Of a stretch of DNA of 64,000 nt, positions 41,031-48,979 are shown piece after piece; the stretch's first letter is position 1; every line of letters begins with the position of its first letter. A program made the translations under genes and the position numbers. This stretch comes from an uncultured Candidatus Binatia bacterium. GTDB lineage: Bacteria; Desulfobacterota; Binatia; UBA9968; JAJDTQ01. The stretch spans positions 2,240,001 through 2,304,000 of the forward strand of contig OZ219754.1 of assembly GCA_964291295.2 (NCBI GenBank), in the 5' to 3' direction. Below the pieces are notes generated by a model. That model did no database searches and was not told the DNA's origin. It was given only the letters and a program-made list of their open reading frames with translations.

Positions 41031-43940
41031 ATGCGCGTGCGATTCCTTTTCGCGGCCTTGGGGGTGTCCGCGGCGGCGGTCCTGGCCGGACCCGGGGTGT
41101 GGCCCGGCCTCGGCCAGACGCCGCCCGGCACCGCCGAAGAACGGCAGGAGCCCGGGCCGGCGGCGGAGTTCCCGCGGCCGGTGGAACCGCCGCCCGCGGA
41201 GTCGGCCGCCGAGACCCGGACGCCGACGCAGGCCCGGCCCGCAGGGGAGCCCGAGGGCTCCCGGGAGACCGGCCCGCGCACCGCGGCAAGCCTCGATTTC
41301 GAGGAGGCGGTCCTGGATGACCGCATCGCCATCATCGAAGAACATCTCACCGAGACGACATCGCGGGTAGACAGCGTGTTCACGGCGCTGGAACTGGGGG
41401 TGCTGAAGGTACAGAAGGAGACCCTCGGGCGCCGCCGTGAACTTGAGGCGATACGGAGCCGGCTTTCCGAGCAGGAGCGTCTCACCGCCCAGGATCTGCG
41501 CAACAAGCAACGGCTGGTGGAGCTGGTGGAGCGTTACGGCGCCGGCGACTGGGTGGCGCGCCACATCAAGGTGGAACTGGAGAAATTCCGCCATCGGACG
41601 CAACGGAGCCCGGTCCGGGCCACGGATGAAGAGTTGTTGCGCCAGCGCCTTCGGGAGTACCGCCAGTCCCTGTTCGAACTCGGTACGCGGCTGTTCCGCG
41701 TCGACTCGGAGGCCCGGGACCTTGCCCAAGCGCTGTCGGCGGAGATGCGGGCGACGCCGGCCGTCAGCGCCCGGCTCGACAGCCTGCTGAGCGACCGCAA
41801 GCGGGCGCTTCAGGCCCAGGAGCGTGTCCTCGACGAGCTGGCGGTGCACACCACGCGGCTGGCGGACCTCGTGCGCCAGCGGGAAGACCACTTCGAGGGG
41901 CTCTACACCCTTGTCCTGGGCAGGATGCTGTGGCTGCGCAACCGCGAGCCGGTGTTCCATCGGGCGCTCTTCGGTCATGCCCTGGATGGCGCGGCGGCAC
42001 TGGCGGGACGCCTCTCCGGCTGGCCTTGGCGGGAATGGCAGATTGTCCAGATCCGATTCGCCGCGTCGTCGTGGCCGTGGGCGGCGGCGGTGCTGGTGTT
42101 TGCCGTGGCCCCCTGGCTGGCGGTGCACGCGCGCCGGCTACTCGGGGCGCCGCGGGCCGTGCCGGCGCATCGCGCGGCCTTGCTGTTGGCCGGCCGCGCC
42201 GCGGTCTGGCCCGCATTCATCATCCTCGTCACCTGGTCGCTGCCGCAGTTCGGCCTGTCTCGCAACGACGCCCTCGGTCCGGCGTTGGCCGGGGCGTTGC
42301 AGGTGGCCGCGCTGGTGCTCTGGATCGCGCTGTTCGGTCGGGCGCTCTTCCGATCGGACGGCCACGGGGAGCGGCGCTGGGGGCTGACTCCGGAAGCCGG
42401 ACGGTTGCTTCGGACCGGGGTGGTTGCGGGGTGCGCGGCGGCGTTGGTGTTGCTGGTTCCGCGCCACGTGCTGCTGAATGCCCCGGGAGACGACGTGGCC
42501 GAGAGCCTGGCGCTGGCCCGCCTGCTGATGGTGGCCTTTGCACTGGTGGTGCTGGCGCTGGTGGCAGTGGGGCTGCGCCGGCGTGGCGCCTTGATGCAGA
42601 CGGTCCTCCGACACAGCCGCTCGCAGGAAGGGTTCCTGTGGTCGGTGTGGCCCTTGGTGCATCTGGTGGCGGCGGCGGTGTTGGCCGGCACCGTGGTCCT
42701 GAATCTGGCGGGCTACCAGTATGCGTCGCAGTTCATCTGGCAGAGGATCATGGCCACCGGGCTGGTGGTGCTGGTGGCGCTGTGGTTGTCGTTCTATCTG
42801 AAGAGCGCGGTGCGGGCCGTGTGGCAGAGGGTCGTTGCCGGGGGCGGCGCACCGGCACCGCAGGGTGGCCGGGCCGACACTGCGCACGCCGGCCTGCTGT
42901 GCACGCTGGTGGACCTGCCGCTGGCTCTGCTGGCGGCGGTGGTGCTGCTGGAGACATGGGGCGTCTCCGTGATGGAGTTCTTCGGCACGCCGGCGGGCGG
43001 GACGGTGCTGGCGCGGGCCGGGCTGATCGCGTTGGTGATCGCCGCCGGGCTGGGCCTCATACGCCTCAGCAACGCCACGGTGCTGTCGCTGCTGCGCCCG
43101 AGGGTTCTGGATCTTGTCGGCAGCCGGGAGGCGGGGCGAAGGCTTCAGACCCTTGCGCCGCTGGCGCAGACATCGGTGAAGCTGCTGGTGGTACTGGTGG
43201 GGTTCCTGCTGATCCTGCAACTGGTGGGGGTGGAGACCGGACCGCTGCTGGCGGGGGTGGGGATATTCGGACTGGCGGTGGGTTTTGCCGCGCAGTCGCT
43301 CATCAAGGATGTCATCAACGGCCTGTTCATCCTGACGGAGGGCAGCCTGGGTGCGGGCGACGTGGTGGACGTGGGCGGGGTTGCGGGCGTGGTGGAGAAG
43401 GTGACGCTGCGCTCGGTGCGCATCCGCGACTTGAGCGGCAATGTGCACTTCGTTCCCAACAGCACCATCGAGCACGTTCAGAACATGACCAAGGACTACT
43501 CCCGCTATCTGCTCGACGTGGGGGTGGGCTATCGCGAGGACACCGACGAGGTAGTGGCGGTCATGAAGGAGGTGGACGAAACCATGCGCCGGGATCCGCA
43601 GTTTCGCCGGGACATGCTGGAGCCCATCGAGATCCTGGGCGTGGACCGGTTTGAGGATTCCGCGGTAATCGTGCGCGGCCGGCTCAAGACCCGTCCGGTG
43701 GAACAGTGGCGCATCGGGCGCGAGTACAACCGCCGTCTCAAGAAGGCCTTTGACGAGCGCGGCATCGAGATACCTTTTCCGCACCGCACCGTCTATTGGG
43801 GCGAGACCAAGCAGGGACAGCCTCCGCTGCAGGTGGAGCACAGGAGCCCGGCGCCGACGGCGCCCCCCGGTGCGCCGGAAGCGGAGAAGCAGAAGGAGGG
43901 AGAACCCCGTGGCACGAAGCAGTTCGAGACTGAATCTTGA
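41031..43940 (+). CDS. Large mechanosensitive channel (MscS/MscK-like) with N-terminal coiled coil
   Basis: GLAVGFAAQSLIKD, GDVV.V....G.VE.VTLR, G.VHFVPN and IEIPFP motifs. Confidence 0.88.
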   Translation: MRVRFLFAALGVSAAAVLAGPGVWPGLGQTPPGTAEERQEPGPAAEFPRPVEPPPAESAAETRTPTQARPAGEPEGSRETGPRTAASLDFEEAVLDDRIAIIEEHLTETTSRVDSVFTALELGVLKVQKETLGRRRELEAIRSRLSEQERLTAQDLRNKQRLVELVERYGAGDWVARHIKVELEKFRHRTQRSPVRATDEELLRQRLREYRQSLFELGTRLFRVDSEARDLAQALSAEMRATPAVSARLDSLLSDRKRALQAQERVLDELAVHTTRLADLVRQREDHFEGLYTLVLGRMLWLRNREPVFHRALFGHALDGAAALAGRLSGWPWREWQIVQIRFAASSWPWAAAVLVFAVAPWLAVHARRLLGAPRAVPAHRAALLLAGRAAVWPAFIILVTWSLPQFGLSRNDALGPALAGALQVAALVLWIALFGRALFRSDGHGERRWGLTPEAGRLLRTGVVAGCAAALVLLVPRHVLLNAPGDDVAESLALARLLMVAFALVVLALVAVGLRRRGALMQTVLRHSRSQEGFLWSVWPLVHLVAAAVLAGTVVLNLAGYQYASQFIWQRIMATGLVVLVALWLSFYLKSAVRAVWQRVVAGGGAPAPQGGRADTAHAGLLCTLVDLPLALLAAVVLLETWGVSVMEFFGTPAGGTVLARAGLIALVIAAGLGLIRLSNATVLSLLRPRVLDLVGSREAGRRLQTLAPLAQTSVKLLVVLVGFLLILQLVGVETGPLLAGVGIFGLAVGFAAQSLIKDVINGLFILTEGSLGAGDVVDVGGVAGVVEKVTLRSVRIRDLSGNVHFVPNSTIEHVQNMTKDYSRYLLDVGVGYREDTDEVVAVMKEVDETMRRDPQFRRDMLEPIEILGVDRFEDSAVIVRGRLKTRPVEQWRIGREYNRRLKKAFDERGIEIPFPHRTVYWGETKQGQPPLQVEHRSPAPTAPPGAPEAEKQKEGEPRGTKQFETES

Positions 43941-44346
43941 AAAGGCGGCGGTCATCGTCGACGAGACCCTGGCCCAGGCCCGCCGACTGGACCTCAAGCC
44001 CATGTGCGTGGCCGTGCTCGACGACGGCGGCCACCTCAAGGCGCTCAAGCGCGAGGACGGCGCCAGCATCCTGCGCCCGCAGATCGCCATCGGCAAGGCC
44101 TGGGGCGCCCTGGGCATGGGCGGCTCGAGCCGTTCCATCGCCGACCGCCTCAAGGACCGCCCCTCGTTCCTCGCCGCCCTCACCGACCTGGCCCACGGCA
44201 AGGTGGTACCCGCCGCCGGCGGCCTGCTCATCCGCGACGGAGACGAAGTGGTGGGCGCCGTCGGCGTGAGCGGCGGCACCTCCGACGAGGACGAAGACAT
44301 CGCCCGGGTGGGCGTCGCCGCCGCGGGCCTGGACTGCTTCGATTGA
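43909..44346 (+). CDS. GlcG/HbpS heme-binding protein
   Basis: VAVLDDGG.L....R.DGA, IA.GKA and GAVGVSG..S..DE motifs; GTG start after AGGAGG. Confidence 0.88.
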   Translation: MARSSSRLNLEKAAVIVDETLAQARRLDLKPMCVAVLDDGGHLKALKREDGASILRPQIAIGKAWGALGMGGSSRSIADRLKDRPSFLAALTDLAHGKVVPAAGGLLIRDGDEVVGAVGVSGGTSDEDEDIARVGVAAAGLDCFD

Positions 44347-44482
44347 TTCGGACGCGGGAGGGGCTACGGCGTTCTGCCGGTCCGGGAGGCGGGTGCCCGC
44401 TGGATCGCAGTCCTGCTTGCATTGCAGTTGGCTGTTCCGCTGCCTGAACGAACACCACGAACGAATACGACAGCAGACCGCT

Positions 44483-45154
44483 CTACGTGGCGCCGGCGCC
44501 AAGGTCAGGCATTTCTCCGCGTTCCAACTGGTCGAAAGCCCGGAGCACGTAACGTTGTGTGCGGTACTCGCCGAATTGCTTCATTTCGTTCTGCTTGAGT
44601 GACGGAAACGAGGAGCTTGGCGGCTCGGCATCCAGGATCCATTGCAGATCGCAACGATTCAATCCGTACATGTGCGCAAAGACTGCATCGAGTTCACACC
44701 GCAGGCGATGGCGGCGCTGCTCGTCCCAAGGGAAGGGCGGACCTTCAAAACCCAGGTCGCCGGCGAATCCAGCCATATCCTCCGACGTATAGGTCAACTC
44801 CAAGACCCGCGGCACGATGTGTTGAACGTATGGCAGGCCGACGGTGCTGTGCTTCAAGTACTCCTCTGGCGGCAATACGGGGAGTTGCTTGACGATGAAG
44901 AAGCTCATGTGACTCCCGCCAACAGATACTCTGGCGGCCCAGTCGAGTGGCAGGCTGTTCATGTTCGCCAAGACCAGGAGTGAAGCCACTGCCCTTGCCC
45001 GGTCAAAATTCATCAACGAAGTTGTATGACCTGTGCCGCTCTCAGGCAGCGAAGCGGCGAGCAGTGTCCGCTCGTTGGTCGAATTCGTGATATCGCGAAA
45101 CGCTTGAAGAACCTTCACCGGGTCGAGTCGGATGATCGGAGCACCTTCGTTCAT
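44483..45154 (-). CDS. Possible separately translated C-terminal MTase fragment (223 aa; third recognition cassette plus C-terminus)
   Basis: ATG at 45154-45152 overlaps the upstream-frame TGA at 45153-45151 (ATGA). Confidence 0.45.
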   Translation of the reverse strand: MNEGAPIIRLDPVKVLQAFRDITNSTNERTLLAASLPESGTGHTTSLMNFDRARAVASLLVLANMNSLPLDWAARVSVGGSHMSFFIVKQLPVLPPEEYLKHSTVGLPYVQHIVPRVLELTYTSEDMAGFAGDLGFEGPPFPWDEQRRHRLRCELDAVFAHMYGLNRCDLQWILDAEPPSSSFPSLKQNEMKQFGEYRTQRYVLRAFDQLERGEMPDLGAGAT

Positions 45155-48100
45155 CGCTGAGGGTCCACGACAAACGGCAAAAATCGCCGTTCGCCGATTT
45201 GTTGCGTTTGTGATGTTCCTGAAGGAGAAAACCCAAGGAACAGTATCGTTGCCGTATGGCCCACTGCGACGCTCGGCATCATGGATATGACCCCGGTTCG
45301 CTCGTCGGTCGCTCGCGCGACATCCCGCAGAGCGAGTTGCCAGCCAAGGCGGCAAGAGCGTCGAATTCGATCTGTCGATCTGTCGATCTGTCGATCTGTC
45401 GATCTGTCGATCTGTCGATCTGTCGATCTGTCGATCTGTCGATCTGTCGATCTGTCGATCTGTCGATCTGTCGATCTGTCGATCTGTCGATCTGTCGATC
45501 TGTCGATCTGTCGATCTGTCGATCTGTCGATGAACAATCCTGTGCTCACTTCGCTCTTGTCAAGTCTTTCCGCAACTTCCCTTTCCGAAACCCAGTATCG
45601 TGGAACGGCAACGGTTCCCGGGTCCGACTTTTCTTTTGCGGTCATCAGGCGGGCGTTGCCCTTCTTGATGTCACTGTCAGAGACGTTATCGAAGGTGGCG
45701 AACCGGTGGTCGTACTGATGGAACAGCTTGGCCTCGTAGAGCGGCAGATAGCGCTCATCCTCCTTCACGAACACGCTGCCATCAAGCATCCACCCGTCGT
45801 CTTCCATCTCCGTTCGTGTTCGAAAGAGCCCGGAGTCGTTGGACATGTCAAACATGCGCTGGAATGACACGCCCCACGGATTGTCTTCCGGTTGCGAATC
45901 GTTGCCTTCCCTCCAGAACACCCCGGCGCGGCGGTACATCTTGCACGCGATTTCCATGTCGCGCCGCGTGCGGAAAATGGGGCAGGTCCGAGTATTGGGA
46001 TTGAACAGCGAGAAGTCTTCCGCGCTGAGCGTGAACCGCCGTTCAGCCTCCTTCAACTGTTCGGGCTGGTGCAGGAAGAAGGCGAACTCGGCTGCGGGAA
46101 CAGGATTGGCCTCGCCGCTCAGCGTGAGGAGGCTGAACTTGATCCGACTATGAATCCCGGGAAAGATTTTCTCCCGGTTCTCGAAGTCGAACAGGCTGAC
46201 AAGCCTTTTTTCTGAAACAATGTGGCCAAAGAACTTCTTGGTCGAGTCATCGGTGGCGATGCCGGTGGGCACGATCATCCCCGCACGACCTTGCGGGTTG
46301 AGGAGTTGCAGAAATGTCTCCGCGAATACGGCATAGGTGTTGAGATCACCGATCCCGGTCAGCGGGAATCTGCCGCCGGTCCGTGCATACTGGCTGGCCG
46401 CCTCAGCGTCATGTTTTGCGGTCTCAAATTCCCGAAAGAGGGCCTTTTCAAATGGCGGAGCCTCCTCGTGGTTCAGTTGCCGGATCAATCGGTCCCGTGC
46501 GGCCTTGTTGCGAGCGGCGGCGATTTCCGAATACCGCGAGGCGAAGAACTCCTGTTCCTGCAGCTTGATGCGCTCCCACGGCGGATTGCCGAGAACTACA
46601 TCGAAACCGCCTGCCTTCATGATCTTTTCAAACGCCAGATGCCAGTGCCGGAAATTGTGCTTGTAGGCCAGTCTCTTTTTTGCAAGGTCTACGACGTCAC
46701 GGCGCTGCAGGCGGTTCTCTCTCAGCCGCAAGAGGTCCCGGGTTTGGGGCACGATCTCCAGGGTTTTCGGTGTCTTGGGCGCGAAGTACGCACCCACAAA
46801 GAGGTCGGCGCACAGGGATTCGCGGGCTTGGTCGCTGAGCACCATCTGGTACGTGTCTCGTTTGTTCTCGACGTCACGCAGCGTGTTCTCGGGCATGGCA
46901 TTGAGATCGGGGCTTGCGTTGTCGATCTTCGGCACGGGGTCGTCAGTGAACGAGAGGTATTCCTGCCCCCTCTGGCTGTTGTGTTTCTTGAGATCACGGC
47001 AAACACCCTTGTCGTCTCCCGTCAACGGTTTGTAGGCGTCGCCCGGAATGCCGTTTTCCATGATCGCCGGATCGAGGATGCCGACCAGGCTATCGCCTTC
47101 AAGGATGTGGGCATCAAGGAATGTGAGCGGTTTGCCCGGCTCGACGGCTTCCATCCACAGGGCGGTCTTGCAGAGTTCGACGGCGAGCGGATTTCGGTCC
47201 ACGCCGTAGATGCAGTGTTGCAGCACCTCGCGCAGGGCATGTTGGCGGGCGGCTTCGTCCGGGGTGTCGCCGCTCGATTCGGCGCGGACGATCTCGGTGG
47301 CGAGGCGCCGCGCCGCCGCCAGCAGGAAGTGGCCCGAACCGCAGGCGGGATCGAGGATCTTCAATTCGAGAATGGCATCCCGGGGGGGGGGGGGTAGCTG
47401 CACCGTTGGCAACGGCCTGGCGAATGACGGGATCGAGCGTTGACTTGACGAGTTCGTTCACCAGTGCGGGGGGCGTGTAATAGGAACCCGTCAACTTGCG
47501 CTCGGACCCCCTGGTCTGTTCGCGGTTGTCGTCGCCGCTGAAGGTGAATGTCCACGGCGAAGTGTCCACATGGACGACGGGTCGAAGCTCCAGCAGGCTT
47601 TCGTATACCGACCCCAACTCTTCGGTGTCCATGTCCCGGTAGTTGACGCGGGCAAGCGTTTTGTCGGAGCGGAAGAATGCGAGTGTGCGAATCGCTTCCA
47701 GCAGGTGCTCGTTGGCGATGGCCGCACCGTCGAGGTCCGGGCACTGGTCGGCCCGGAACAGCTCGTCCAGAGCCGGCAGGCCAAGGTGGTCGCGAGCGCC
47801 CTCGGCCAGCGCCCGGAAGGTGACCTGAAGTCCTTGCCAGAGATCGTGGTTCCGGTCGTAGTGCCGGCGGCGCAGGGCGCGTTCGCGCAGCCGGGAGAGG
47901 GCATAGCCTTCGGCGAACACGGCGCGCTGTTCCCTGGTGGCCTCCGGTGCGTGGAGCAGATCGCGCTCCTCGGCCACGAAGAGAAAGAGCAGGCGGTAGA
48001 CGAGGCGAAGGATCTGCTGGAAGTAGCGCTCGGGCGAGAGCGCGCTGGATTGGCGCGAGCGCGACGGGGAGTCCGTTTCCCCGGAGGAGGGGAAGCGCCC

Positions 48101-48979
48101 TTCGGGCGGGAGGTCGCCGGACTCGCGCTCTTCGCCCAGTGCGAGGTTCTGGCGCAGTTCGGCGTTGGAGGGATGCTGCAGGAAGCCGTTGCCGAGTTGG
48201 CGCAGGGAGTCGGTGACGCCGTGGCGGAGATTCTCCCGGATCCGCTCGCCGGTCTCGTGCGCCTTCTTGCGCCAGGACTCGATGATGCATTGCGACGGGT
48301 CGCCGTTGTCGGGGCGAAGGCGGCTGGCATGGGTACAGAGCCAGAGTGCGGCGAAGTCGGAATAGAGTTTCTCGTCGAAGAGGAGATCGAGGTCGGCCTC
48401 GATGCAGGCGGGCCGGGTCAGGCTCGCGTTGTCGCGCAGAAGGCGGAGCTTCGATCCGTTGGAGACCATTCCCCACAGCGCTCCCTCCTCGGCGTTGAGG
48501 TACTCCTGCATCATGCCGTGGGGTGCCCGCCCGCGTCCGTCCTGCCCGAAACGCGGATCGGCCTTGTCCAGGTCGAAATCGCGCGTCACCAGCAGCATGG
48601 GCACGGTGCCGCCGCAGGCGCGGTGCGTCAATCTGAAGACGCGGTCCTCGCGCACGATCGCTCCGGCGGCGGTGAGGTCGTCATAGCCGAGAACCTTGCG
48701 CAGGAGCGGGTCGAGCCACTTCGCGACGCCAACCCGCGACCGGGGGATGTCGCGCCGTGGATGTCGCTCGGCATAGCGTCCGTGGAGGTCGCTGGCCATG
48801 CGCCAGTACCTGGCCAGTTCTTCCCTGACGGCGAGGGATTTCGACAGCCCGTAGTGGGCACCCGTCTGGCTCGGGGCCTTGAGCGCGGCCACGGTCTGGA
48901 GGAACTCCGGCGGCAGGATGCCGCCTTCGATCTTCAATGCCGTAAATCCCCGGCTTCGCCGCGCGCTCGCCACGGTCAC
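44483..48979 (-). CDS. N6-adenine DNA methyltransferase (Eco57I/type IIL, DrmMI-like), currently split by two SSR frameshifts
   Basis: GSYYTP, motif I DPACGSGHF, motif IV GNPPW. Segments are 48979-~47395, ~47394-45151 and 45154-44483. GTGA-coupled to the SNF2 gene. Confidence 0.88.
45367..45531. repeat. Perfect octamer SSR (TCGATCTG)20 + TCGAT inside the MTase CDS
   Basis: 160 bp of perfect repeat plus 5 bp; translates as (IDRSTDRQ)n with no stop in any frame. Confidence 0.97.
47382..47394. repeat. Homopolymer G13 (C13 on the coding strand) at the MTase frameshift
   Basis: Counted directly; C12 would fuse ...ANGAAT-PPP-RDAILELKILDPACGSG in frame. Confidence 0.9.

Noticed and set aside
45367-45531. 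Octamer array as a CRISPR array or iteron
   Set aside because: It has no spacers, no cas or rep genes nearby, and lies inside a CDS; it is a simple sequence repeat.
44400-45600. Invertible shufflon or DGR as the cassette-switching mechanism
   Set aside because: All cassettes are co-oriented, and no inverted repeats, recombinase or reverse transcriptase are adjacent.
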